From an uncultured Verrucomicrobiae bacterium (GTDB lineage Bacteria; Verrucomicrobiota; Verrucomicrobiia; Chthoniobacterales; Chthoniobacteraceae), in NCBI GenBank assembly GCA_963828525.1, contig CAWHEP010000006.1, positions 1-64,000 on the forward strand: a DNA stretch of 64,000 bases, given 5' to 3'. A model generated the notes under the pieces. That model made no database searches. It was not told the DNA's origin and saw only the letters and a list, made by a program, of their open reading frames with translations. Positions 42,100 through 51,187 of the stretch are shown piece after piece; the first letter of the stretch is position 1; each line of letters begins with the position of its first letter. The translations under genes were made by a program, and so were the position numbers.

Positions 42100-43233
42100 T
42101 CAGGCTGGGGCTGAGATAGCGACTATGTTCTCGATGGCGGCAGGGCGGATTGTCCAATACCGCTCGGCATCCTTTGGTTTCACAAGCTGCCGGTAATGTT
42201 GAAAGACAAGATTTGCGTTTGTGTGCCCCAACTCCAAGGCAAGCAAGGCCGCGTCATTGAAATGGGCAAGGTTGTAGCTCGCAAAGCCGTGGCGAAGGGC
42301 GTTCTGCGGCCACTGGACGATACCAGCGGCCTTCCGCGCTTCGTCCATCAATTCACGGTAATTCAACGGTGTGACGGCCCCGGTTGCCTTGGCGGCCGGT
42401 CGCAGCCACCCAGCCAGGTTATCCCGAATTTTAACGAAACGCCGTCGTGCGCTCTTCGCCTTTTTTGCCTGCACCTCGATCAATCCGGCCTGCAAGTCGA
42501 TTTCGCTCCAATCCAGACGTTCCAGTTCGGCACGGCGCAGACCTGCAAACGCTCCGACTGTCAGGAATGGCAAGAGATCGTTCGGAGCGGCCTCCAACAA
42601 GCGGGCGGTCTGCCCAACGGTGAGGATTCCGACCGTCCCCTCGATTTCCTTTGCCTTCGCGCTTTTCGCCGCCGGATTCGCCAGGCAATAGCCACGGGAC
42701 ACCGCAAAATTGAAAGCAACGATCAGCACACGTCGGAAATTGTTTCGAGTCGTTGGCGATATTTCCAACGAGCGGAGCCATTCATCGACTTCCGTCGCCG
42801 TGAACCCCGAGACGCTCTTGTTTTCAAAGCTCGCCGCAAATTGCCCCAAGCGGCTCCGCAGATCGCCCAGGTAGCGCTCGCTGGCCCCGTCCCGCTTCTT
42901 TATGCTTAAAAGCTCATCGGTGAGCGCCTTGAACGTGCAGGTGCGGTTCATGGCTTGGAGGTGCGGCAGAATGAAATTCGCCGCGTCCAAAATTGTCTTC
43001 CCGAAGGGTGAGAGCAGGGCATCGGCTTTTCGCGCCATGACGCGCAATTCACTCGGAAAGTTGATCGACTCCGTGCCCTGGTTCAGCAACTCGGTGTTCT
43101 TCTGATGGGAGTAGGTTTCGGCTTCCCGCTTGGTTTCGAAAAACTTCCTCATCCACTTTCCGTTTTCCTTGCCGCGCACGAGGTATTTCAGCTTCGGATG
43201 CTTGTACGGTTTAACGCGAAAGGATGTCTTCAT
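42100..43233 (-). CDS. Tyrosine recombinase/integrase
   Basis: AGLRRAEL, NALRHGFASY, LGHT, HY catalytic motifs; N-terminal arm-binding-like domain. Confidence 0.95.
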   Translation of the reverse strand: MKTSFRVKPYKHPKLKYLVRGKENGKWMRKFFETKREAETYSHQKNTELLNQGTESINFPSELRVMARKADALLSPFGKTILDAANFILPHLQAMNRTCTFKALTDELLSIKKRDGASERYLGDLRSRLGQFAASFENKSVSGFTATEVDEWLRSLEISPTTRNNFRRVLIVAFNFAVSRGYCLANPAAKSAKAKEIEGTVGILTVGQTARLLEAAPNDLLPFLTVGAFAGLRRAELERLDWSEIDLQAGLIEVQAKKAKSARRRFVKIRDNLAGWLRPAAKATGAVTPLNYRELMDEARKAAGIVQWPQNALRHGFASYNLAHFNDAALLALELGHTNANLVFQHYRQLVKPKDAERYWTIRPAAIENIVAISAPA

Positions 43234-43379
43234 GTGAAAAGCATTGCTCTTTTGTTGCTACTTTTCAAGCGAAAGTGCGTGTTTTCGTGAATGTATGCGT
43301 TTGTATGTGTCAGGTGTATTCTGAATCCTGAACGGACTGTATCTCTCTCATTCAGAAGGAATAACACGATTCACAGAAG

Positions 43380-43464
43380 TGCCGATGGCGGGACTCGAAC
43401 CCGCACTCCGCTTTCGCGAAAACGGATTTTAAGTCCGTTGCGTCTGCCATTCCGCCACATCGGC
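43380..43464 (-). tRNA. tRNA-Leu, anticodon TAA
   Basis: GCCGATGTGGCGGAATGGCAGACGCAACGGACTTAAAATCCGTT, long variable arm, GTTCGAGTCCCGCCATCGGCA; CCA not encoded. Confidence 0.95.
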
Positions 43465-43728
43465 ATCACTTTTGTCTCTGTGGCACTCTCGCGTTGTCCC
43501 TTTGCCGGAAACGCGCAGCTCGTCAAAGCACCTGCACAGACTACGTCACACCCACCGTTCTACCATTGCGCGTGGCGCTCGCAACCCGAAAGTCCTTCGG
43601 AAGCCTTTGGAGCGGCACTGCGGAGCCAACCCGCTGGGCCTCGTTTCTTACGCCGCGCGCGAGTTGCTTTCCGGCGCTCTTCATCCGGCCTGCTGGGGTG
43701 AGCTGGCGCATGAAAGTACCGCCTATCT

Positions 43729-44589
43729 CTAATGAACGTCCGCCTTCGGCGCGTCTTCCGTCCATGGAGGCCGTCGCCCATTCCAGTGCAGAATGTTCGC
43801 GTAAGGCACTGCTGCTCTGACAGCCTCTAAGAAGCCATCGTCCCAGAGTATTGGCCGCTCCGCGATCTCGGTATGATCAGCGCACAGGTTCCACTTATTA
43901 GATCGGGCGACGCGATCCTCCAGCCCGCAACTCTGGATCGCCCAGATCAATGCTCCCTGATCATGCCAGGAGATGGCCTGCCGCGCATCTGGATCGTTGA
44001 TCGCGCGCGCGACCGGCTCTATATACGCCTCTATCGCGGCTGCGTCCCTGTCTCTCCGCCAGCCAGACACGCCCGCGTTTATCACGGGCACCAGCGGATC
44101 AAACGAACGGTGTATAGGAAGCAAATCGTATAGCGTCGGGTGATTCGCTGTGAGATGCGGCGCTTTGTTCTCCGGTGTGAAGAATGGCCCGGTTGCGATG
44201 ATCTCGAACAACTCAGGCAGATTCCGCAGGACGACAATATCGCAGTCCATCCAGATCACATCCCGGAAGGGCGCGTGCTTGATCAGGAGTGGACAAATCC
44301 AAAGCGGCCAGACGCGCTTGTTTGGTTTCGCCAATGGCGGCGTCAGACTCATGACTGATCGGATGCGGTTGATCATCGGATCATCAGGGAGCGGCAGGAG
44401 CCGAAGGTTTTGCCTCTTTGCGGCTTCCTCTTTCTGGACAGATGACAAACCGAGGTCGTAGCAGGCTACGATACAAGGACAGCATTCCTGCGCCGATCTA
44501 TGCAGCATCAGCAGCCCTTCAAAATAGTTTTCGTCCGCGAGCGTGATGATCGCGACGTCCCCAGACACTTCAGAGGTCGCGGCCGCCAT
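43729..44589 (-). CDS. GT-A glycosyltransferase (GT8-like)
   Basis: ADENY, YDLGL, WMDCD, NAGV, HDQGAL, LHWNG...PW. Confidence 0.75.
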   Translation of the reverse strand: MAAATSEVSGDVAIITLADENYFEGLLMLHRSAQECCPCIVACYDLGLSSVQKEEAAKRQNLRLLPLPDDPMINRIRSVMSLTPPLAKPNKRVWPLWICPLLIKHAPFRDVIWMDCDIVVLRNLPELFEIIATGPFFTPENKAPHLTANHPTLYDLLPIHRSFDPLVPVINAGVSGWRRDRDAAAIEAYIEPVARAINDPDARQAISWHDQGALIWAIQSCGLEDRVARSNKWNLCADHTEIAERPILWDDGFLEAVRAAVPYANILHWNGRRPPWTEDAPKADVH

Positions 44590-44592
44590 TTG

Positions 44593-45435
44593 TCAGGATA
44601 TTGCGAGTTCCTTGCTCAAGATTTCGGCCAGGGTCCGGTCTTTCACCAGAGTGCCGCTTCTCAAGCCCCTGTCAGCGCGCTCCGGCGTGACAATCATTTG
44701 ATTGTAGTAGTCCCTAAGACCACCTGCTTGCCATAGCGCGTGTAGCTGACGCCAGGTCTGACCCACGTCGACTGACAATTGCCTGTTTCGCGCGTAGGCC
44801 GCTCCGCCTTTGACAATTTTATTCTCAAATTGCGGATACGACCGCGCTGGATAGTGGAGGATTCTCAATATGCCGCGCGCGCCCTCCAGGAAGGCGCCTC
44901 GTCTTCGCACCGCGTGATTGCCTTGATCGATCTCAACGTCCCCGGCGGCCCGGTGGCACGTCTTCGGCGGCAAGGCCTGACCCATCGCGTTGTATGAGAA
45001 CCGCTCCCGCAGGGTCATTCGTTCCGCGAAGCAGCCGGCTCCATACTCGTCGACCGGAGGAAAGTTCGATCTTTCTACAACCACACAGGGCACTTGCGGG
45101 TCCAGCGATGACAGGTCTGCCTTCGCTCCTCCGGACGAATTGCCGATCCAGAATTCATCAGCGTCGCTGTTGATGACCCAATCCGCTCCGTAGCGGGTGG
45201 CGGCCAGTCGCGCCATCTCCGTGACCCATCGCGCTTGCGAAAAATCGTCGTCGGGCTGATCCAGGCGCGCGGCAACGCCGCTCCGAACGTATTCCTCGAT
45301 GATATCCCGCGTCCCATCCACCGACAGATTGTCCATTACAATGAAGAAGTCCACCCCCTGGCGCAAATGGCATTCAAAATTCGCGCGCAGGACGTCTTCC
45401 TCGTCGCGCACAAGCAGCGTCATTACTAACTTCAT
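44593..45435 (-). CDS. Glycosyltransferase family 2 (GT2_4-like)
   Basis: LVRDEED, DNLSVDGT, NSDADEFW; ATGA overlap with the upstream gene. Confidence 0.88.
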   Translation of the reverse strand: MKLVMTLLVRDEEDVLRANFECHLRQGVDFFIVMDNLSVDGTRDIIEEYVRSGVAARLDQPDDDFSQARWVTEMARLAATRYGADWVINSDADEFWIGNSSGGAKADLSSLDPQVPCVVVERSNFPPVDEYGAGCFAERMTLRERFSYNAMGQALPPKTCHRAAGDVEIDQGNHAVRRRGAFLEGARGILRILHYPARSYPQFENKIVKGGAAYARNRQLSVDVGQTWRQLHALWQAGGLRDYYNQMIVTPERADRGLRSGTLVKDRTLAEILSKELAIS

Positions 45436-46499
45436 CGTTTGATCTCGTGTGCCCGGGCGGCGCGCGGGAATGTCCGGGAAAGCCACGCGCGCGCGCATTC
45501 CAGGCTCCTCTTCATCTCATTCGACTCGGCAGCCATTCGCGGACGGAAGAGCGCCACTGTAATGGGTATCAGGCCGACGTAGCGGAGGTCTTTGGCTGTG
45601 GCATCCAGAGCCACCATGAGCGGTCCCCACACTTTGTAGAACCCTTCGTCAACAAAGGGGAGGTAGCGCTCGCCACTTTTCGTGAATACCACCACCGGAA
45701 ACGCGTTCAACGCGGATTTTGCAAGCTCGTACAAAATATATACTGCAGCCACAGCTACAAACGGGCTGCCTACATCACACTGGCTGATGAAGGCGGCAAA
45801 CGCCGCGATCTCCAACGGCAGGATGACGTATTTCACCCAGAGAACGAGTCGTCGATGCCCCAGGGCATGCACTACGGTCACCAGCCCCGCAGCGCGGTCG
45901 TGCTCCTCGCTTTGAAGTTGATGGGACAAAATCCCGCGCAAACCCGTCATCAGAGACCATAGGGCCGCCGCGATGACGATGAGGGCATCCGGAGAGCGGA
46001 GGCCCTGATGGAATAGAATAAGGAGGGCCAGCATCGCAGGATACACGTGGGCCGCAGAAGCGTCACAAAGTATGCCCGGCCAACCCCTGTTCTTAAGCCG
46101 CAGCGGGGGGATTGAATAGGCGAGTGGGATAAGCAGTTCGCCCGCAGTGAGAAGCGCGCCGGCCGTTCCCCCGGCCGCGCTTGCGAGCAGAAGAGCTGTT
46201 GCGGCAGATAGACCGATGATGAGCCACATTCGGCGCGGGCCCGCCTGTTGGGCCGCATTTGTCCGTTGGCCACGCCTGTCTTCGTCAACGTCGAATAACT
46301 CATTCAGCGCGTAACCATAGTTCGCAACGCAACTGACAGCGCAGACCAATGCTGCAAAGGAGAGAAAGGCTGAAAGCGTCAAAGGCCGGCCATCCAGCAG
46401 CAAAAGGCCAGTCAGGACGGACAAGGGGACTTTGTTGAGCCACCAGGCGCGGGGCCGTATCAGGATCATCATCATCCTCCCGCGTGGCAGGGCACTCAA
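45432..46499 (-). CDS. UbiA family prenyltransferase
   Basis: IRPRAW, NELFDVDEDR, YSIPPLRLK. Confidence 0.85.
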   Translation of the reverse strand: MSALPRGRMMMILIRPRAWWLNKVPLSVLTGLLLLDGRPLTLSAFLSFAALVCAVSCVANYGYALNELFDVDEDRRGQRTNAAQQAGPRRMWLIIGLSAATALLLASAAGGTAGALLTAGELLIPLAYSIPPLRLKNRGWPGILCDASAAHVYPAMLALLILFHQGLRSPDALIVIAAALWSLMTGLRGILSHQLQSEEHDRAAGLVTVVHALGHRRLVLWVKYVILPLEIAAFAAFISQCDVGSPFVAVAAVYILYELAKSALNAFPVVVFTKSGERYLPFVDEGFYKVWGPLMVALDATAKDLRYVGLIPITVALFRPRMAAESNEMKRSLECARAWLSRTFPRAARAHEIKR

Positions 46500-46531
46500 T
46501 TACGCCCCAGCCGATCTCGAATTCAAGTGTT

Positions 46532-47035
46532 TTAGGAAGCGCCGATCTTCAAACGATCATCTTCCGCCAGCAACTCGTCCAGGCAGGTCCAACCGGTGTC
46601 ATCCAGCGCCTGAAAGGATTGCAGATAGATTGCCACAAGCGTCCTGTCGTATTTGGCGAGGAGCTTTTCGACCGCGGCCCTCAGCGCTTCCTTGTCAGGG
46701 GCGGGTGGCAAATTTTCCACTGTGCCCTTTTCATCATGGGCAATACTCAGGCTGTCCAGGAAATCACAAAGCAGGTTTGAATGCGCTCCCACGAGCCACG
46801 TCTGGAGCAAATGCGCGCAGATCGGACTGCTCGCCTTCTTGGAGAGCACATCCCGCATCCACGCGTGACGCTCCGCGGGCGTTTTTCGCGTCACAAATAC
46901 AGCTCGCAGGTTCCTCTGTTTCGCGAGGGACTCTATTGTCGCTCTGTAAAGATCCTTATCCGACGCGAGGAGATAAGCGAAGATGGGTTCCGCCTGCGCG
47001 GGGGCGAGTTGGCAGAAGATTTCAAATGGCTTCAT
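46532..47035 (-). CDS. Hypothetical protein
   Basis: 167-aa ORF co-oriented with neighbours; FLDSLSIAHDEKG motif. Confidence 0.75.
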   Translation of the reverse strand: MKPFEIFCQLAPAQAEPIFAYLLASDKDLYRATIESLAKQRNLRAVFVTRKTPAERHAWMRDVLSKKASSPICAHLLQTWLVGAHSNLLCDFLDSLSIAHDEKGTVENLPPAPDKEALRAAVEKLLAKYDRTLVAIYLQSFQALDDTGWTCLDELLAEDDRLKIGAS

Positions 47036-47114
47036 TGGAGCGCGCCACCGTACCGATCACCGATTCGGGTCGCAAGAAGATTGTAAGTTTCCGAACCGCA
47101 GCTCTTTGCGGGAG

Positions 47115-50100
47115 TCAGCCTCCTTTGACGCTGCCGCTTGCTTCGGGCACCGGAATGTTGTGCTTCGAGCACCACTGGATGGCAGGCCGGTAGCCGGATG
47201 CCGCCGCGCGTTTGTAGAGCGCGACCGATTCGTCCGCGTCCGCTGGCACTCCCACTCCGGACTCAAGGCAGCGCGCGTAGTAGAAAGTGCAGGCCGCGCT
47301 GCCATTTTTAATGCCCTCCTGGAACAATCCCGCCGCTTTCTCGGCGGCTTTCGCCGGGTCTTTCAGCGGCCCGTCGCCGTTGATGTAAAGCGCGCCAAGG
47401 TTTGCGAGCGAGTCCCAGTAGTGAAGCCCCGCCGCCTGGCTATATAGGCGGAACGCTTCGGCGACGTCTTTCCGCAACCCGCCTCGCCCGTGCGCGTAAC
47501 ACGTTCCCAGCAAATCCATCGCTCTCGGCTCTCCGCCGACAGACGCCTGTTTGAGGAGATCGACCGCTCGGGGTTCGTCCGGCGCAAGGCCGCGACCATA
47601 TAGCAGGCACTCCGCCAGGCAATACCGCCCGACCATGTCGTCCTTGTCGCTGGCCTGTTGAAACCACCCCGCCGCCTTCGCATAATCCCTGGCGACTCCC
47701 GACCCGTTCGAATACATCAGTCCCGTTTGAGTCATCGCCTGCGCCTGCCCTTTTTCCGCGGCGGCCAGATACCAGGTGAACGCGGTCGCTGGTTCTTCTT
47801 TGCGAAGGCGGCTTCCAAGCAACATCATCGCCGATACGATGTCGAGTTTCGCCGCCTCGATGAGCGGACGCCGAAGCGCTTCAAAGTCCATCGCCTGGAT
47901 TGCCTCTGGATGCGAGCGAAAGTGATCCAGAACCAGTGCCAGCCTCACCCGCCCGGTGTCGGACTCTGGGAAATCGCGGGCCGCTTTCAGGTATGCTTCC
48001 AGACATTCCGGCCAATTCCCGGCCTCTTCAAATTGCTCCGCGGTCGCGATCTGCTTCGCGAGCAGTTGCTGCCGCGTGGGCGCCTGCGGAAGAGCAGGCG
48101 AGGGGGTTGATACCCGAATCGCGACCTCCGCGGTCGGCTGTGGCGTCACCGCTGGCAGCGGCGTCCCGCGCTCGACAGCCGGAGCGGACGGCGCGGGCAT
48201 TACGGATGGTGTGGGCGAAACCTCCACCGCTCTTGGAGCAGATGTTGCAACGAGGGGTTGCTTCGTGGTTCGCGGCATCAGGTAGAACGCGACCGCTCCC
48301 GCGGCGGCTGCCGCCACAACGCAGGGCGCCAGCCATGGGCGCCCGCGACCGCCCCCGCTTGATACCGGCTCGCGAGCCGCCACCGTCGCATGGGTGGATG
48401 CGGAGTGAACGCTCGTTCCCGGGCTCCGAGCGGTTACAATCCGCGCCTCCGGCCTCCGGCCTTCTGCTTTCTCCAGCCGATCCAGCGCCTCAAACAGCGC
48501 CTGCGCGGAGGCAAACGCTGCCGGCTGCTCCATCGCGCGCCTCAATATCTGGTTTCCTTCCTCCGAAAGATTCGCGAGAGGGGTATAAGCAGCCGCTGCT
48601 CCCGGTAATCGAGCGGCTGCGGTACCGCCTAGGAGTTCGCGCGCGATCGTCCCGAGCACTTGCGCCGTGCTCGGCGCGCCAGCTCCCCCGGAAGACGGGC
48701 GCGCCGGGGCATCTCCCGACATCGTTTGCCCGCCCTGCCAGGTGGCTCCCAGGGACGTTTCACAATCCAGCCGGAGCGGATTCAGCTTTAAAACGAAGGG
48801 GGGCCACTCATACACAGGTGTTTGGAGGAGATCCTCTTCTCCCCCGGGGAAGTGCAAAAACATTTGCGCGAGCGACATGTCCAAATCACCCAGTCCGGCC
48901 GTCGCAGCGTAGTCCGCTCCCGTCGCGGCCTGCTTTAGCAGAAGGAGCGTCTCGGTCTGGCTAAGTTCCCTTCTGTTCCGCAGCAGCTCCAGCACGGAAA
49001 ACCCCCGCGTCCACTCCGAGATGAGAAGGCTGAGAGTCTCCAGCCGTTCCAAAGAAAAGATGCGCGTGAGGTTCGGATGCTCGATCTGTCTGGCGCGCTC
49101 CACCGCCTGCTCGATCCGCGTATACGCTGCGGAACTACCGATGAACTCCTCGCTCAACACCGTGACCCTAACTTCCATCCCCGAAGCAAGCTGTCTCGCG
49201 TGGTAGCTCATGCCAAGGCTGCCTTCACCCGCCTCGGAGATGATTTCGTATCGATCCGCAAGCGCGCTCCCAGGTTTGAGCAAGGGGCCCTGCGACTGCG
49301 GGTCGGACTCCATCGGCGCGCCGCCTCCCGACAGCGTCTGGATGCAGGCGTCCAGCTCTTTGCGGAGAACGGCAGGTGTTTCAGGCCGGTTGGCGGGAGA
49401 TTTCTCGAGCATCCGCGCCAGCACGGCGATCAGGGGCGAGGGCAGCCGTCCCAACTGCTCGATGGGAAGGGGTTTATGGAGATGCTGGCTCGTCACCTGC
49501 CCCAGTGAGCCCGAAAACGGAGTCCTTCCCGTCACCATGTACCAGAGCGTTATCCCGAGAGAGTAGATGTCCGAGCGGGTATCAACCTCGCTGTTTGTCA
49601 GTTGCTCCGGGCTCGCGAAGTACGGCGTGCCCACAAAGCCGCTGGCATTCACTTCGCTCGCGTCCGCCTTGTCGGAAATCGCCAAGCCGAAATCGATTAC
49701 CTTCGCGCAAACCTCCTCGTCCTCCCGTACCAGCATCAGATTTGCCGGCTTCAAGTCGCGATGCACAAGATTCAGCCGCTGGGCCGCGCCCAAAGCGCGG
49801 GCGACCTGCGTCGTGATTTGCAGCGCCAGCAGCGGGGCCAGCGCTCCCTGCCGTCGGACGAGAGCTTCCACCGTCTCTCCGTCGATGAACTCCATTACAT
49901 AAAAATAGGTGTCGTTCTCGATCCCGAGGTGGAACACGGACGCCACATGCGGATGCCTCAACTGGGCCGCCGACCGCGCCTCCCGGACAAACCGTTCCCG
50001 AGCGATCTCGCTATCCAGGTTTGCGCCGTTTATGACTTTCAGCGCCACCGGTATCCGCAACGTGGTATCGAACGCCTTGTAGGTGATTCCCATCGCGCCC

Positions 50101-50198
50101 CTTCCGAGTTCGAACGGAGACGCGTCCTCCCGAGTCAGGATTTCGTAGTTGTCGAATTTCGAAGGGATCGGCATTCCGTCAAAGCCGAGACAATACAA
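47115..50198 (-). CDS. Membrane Ser/Thr kinase with a second degenerate kinase domain and Sel1 repeats
   Basis: LGRGAMG, VALK, HRDLKPAN, DFG, SPE; second GEGSLG domain; TM; Sel1 repeats. Confidence 0.92.
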   Translation of the reverse strand: MYCLGFDGMPIPSKFDNYEILTREDASPFELGRGAMGITYKAFDTTLRIPVALKVINGANLDSEIARERFVREARSAAQLRHPHVASVFHLGIENDTYFYVMEFIDGETVEALVRRQGALAPLLALQITTQVARALGAAQRLNLVHRDLKPANLMLVREDEEVCAKVIDFGLAISDKADASEVNASGFVGTPYFASPEQLTNSEVDTRSDIYSLGITLWYMVTGRTPFSGSLGQVTSQHLHKPLPIEQLGRLPSPLIAVLARMLEKSPANRPETPAVLRKELDACIQTLSGGGAPMESDPQSQGPLLKPGSALADRYEIISEAGEGSLGMSYHARQLASGMEVRVTVLSEEFIGSSAAYTRIEQAVERARQIEHPNLTRIFSLERLETLSLLISEWTRGFSVLELLRNRRELSQTETLLLLKQAATGADYAATAGLGDLDMSLAQMFLHFPGGEEDLLQTPVYEWPPFVLKLNPLRLDCETSLGATWQGGQTMSGDAPARPSSGGAGAPSTAQVLGTIARELLGGTAAARLPGAAAAYTPLANLSEEGNQILRRAMEQPAAFASAQALFEALDRLEKAEGRRPEARIVTARSPGTSVHSASTHATVAAREPVSSGGGRGRPWLAPCVVAAAAAGAVAFYLMPRTTKQPLVATSAPRAVEVSPTPSVMPAPSAPAVERGTPLPAVTPQPTAEVAIRVSTPSPALPQAPTRQQLLAKQIATAEQFEEAGNWPECLEAYLKAARDFPESDTGRVRLALVLDHFRSHPEAIQAMDFEALRRPLIEAAKLDIVSAMMLLGSRLRKEEPATAFTWYLAAAEKGQAQAMTQTGLMYSNGSGVARDYAKAAGWFQQASDKDDMVGRYCLAECLLYGRGLAPDEPRAVDLLKQASVGGEPRAMDLLGTCYAHGRGGLRKDVAEAFRLYSQAAGLHYWDSLANLGALYINGDGPLKDPAKAAEKAAGLFQEGIKNGSAACTFYYARCLESGVGVPADADESVALYKRAAASGYRPAIQWCSKHNIPVPEASGSVKGG

Positions 50199-50239
50199 GG
50201 AACGGTCTCTTGCTCACAAGACAAGTCGCCCCGCCATTC

Positions 50240-51040
50240 CTACCGTTGCTTCACCGCCGCGATCAGAGGTCGCGCGAAGTCCGCAACCGCTTCCAGCAGC
50301 CTGCCATCGCGCCCGTGCTCGCCGATCCTTTTTACAATAGCGCTTCCGACCACCACCGCGTCCGCGCATCGCGCCACCTGAGCTGCCTGCGCCGGCGTGG
50401 AAATCCCAAAACCCACAGCGATCGGGAGGCTCGTTGCTTGCCGGATCAATCCCACCTGCTCCTCCAGCGTGGCCGCGACCGTCGTCTGTTCTCCTGTAAC
50501 CCCTTCCCGCGACACGTAGTAAATAAACCCGCCCGCCTGCGCGGCGATGGTCGCTATGCGGATTTTTGGAGTCGTTGGAGCGATCAGGCGTATGTGCTTC
50601 AGCGTCACGGGCGGTTCGCCGATCTCTTCGTCCGGCGGCAGGTCAAGGATCAGCACTCCATCCACGCCGGCCTCCTCCGCCTCGCGGTGGAATCTCTCAA
50701 ATCCAAAGCTGCAGAGCGGATTCATGTATGTGTAAAGGACGATCGGAACCTGCGATTCCAGCCGGATCGAGCTTACGCATTGCAGAACACGTTCCAGCGT
50801 AGTCCCCGCGTCCAGCCCGCGCTGCGCCGCCATCTGATTAACGATGCCATCAGCGAGGGGATCTGAGAACGGAACCCCGAGTTCGATGATATCAGTCCCG
50901 CAGCGCTCGAGTGTCAGTGCCAAGGCCTTTGTGGCGTCCAGATCTGGATCCCCGGCGCCAATGTAGGCGATAAACGCCTTCTCAGCCTTGCCACGCAATC
51001 GCGCGAAGGTCTCATCAATCCTTTGACGGGAAATAGCCAC
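50240..51040 (-). CDS. trpA: Tryptophan synthase alpha chain
   Basis: AGDP, ELGVPFSDPLADG, YYVSREGVTG, VGFGIS, VVGSA. Confidence 0.96.
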   Translation of the reverse strand: MAISRQRIDETFARLRGKAEKAFIAYIGAGDPDLDATKALALTLERCGTDIIELGVPFSDPLADGIVNQMAAQRGLDAGTTLERVLQCVSSIRLESQVPIVLYTYMNPLCSFGFERFHREAEEAGVDGVLILDLPPDEEIGEPPVTLKHIRLIAPTTPKIRIATIAAQAGGFIYYVSREGVTGEQTTVAATLEEQVGLIRQATSLPIAVGFGISTPAQAAQVARCADAVVVGSAIVKRIGEHGRDGRLLEAVADFARPLIAAVKQR

Positions 51041-51136
51041 CCCGGAGCTTCCCCCAGAACCCCGGCCATTGGCCAGCATTTTTCCAAGGCGAGCCCGCGG
51101 CCAGATGCGCATCGCAGGGCGGGGCTAGCGCTTATA

Positions 51137-51152
51137 TGGCACGGGACTGGCT
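51137..51152 (+). promoter_or_regulatory. Sigma-54 (-24/-12) promoter candidate
   Basis: TGGCACGGGACTGGCT versus consensus TGGCAC-N5-TTGC, ~35 bp before ATG 51188. Confidence 0.55.
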
Positions 51153-51187
51153 ATACATACTAGAAATACCATTCTTTTCATCGGACC

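Larger units (their letters stand above)
38451..43437. mobile_element. Integrative element in tRNA-Leu (4,929-bp predicted circle) with tyrosine integrase and HUH rolling-circle Rep
   Basis: Flanked by a perfect 58-bp direct repeat (38451-38508 = 43380-43437); integrase next to the intact tRNA; all internal genes on the minus strand. Confidence 0.92.

Noticed and set aside
38451..43437. Complete inovirus prophage or ICE
   Set aside because: No Zot/pI ATPase, small coat proteins, T4SS or coupling protein is recognisable between the att sites
50240..51040. trpA without trpB, and gcvTH without gcvP, as novelty
   Set aside because: Split operons are common, and the partner genes may be elsewhere in the genome
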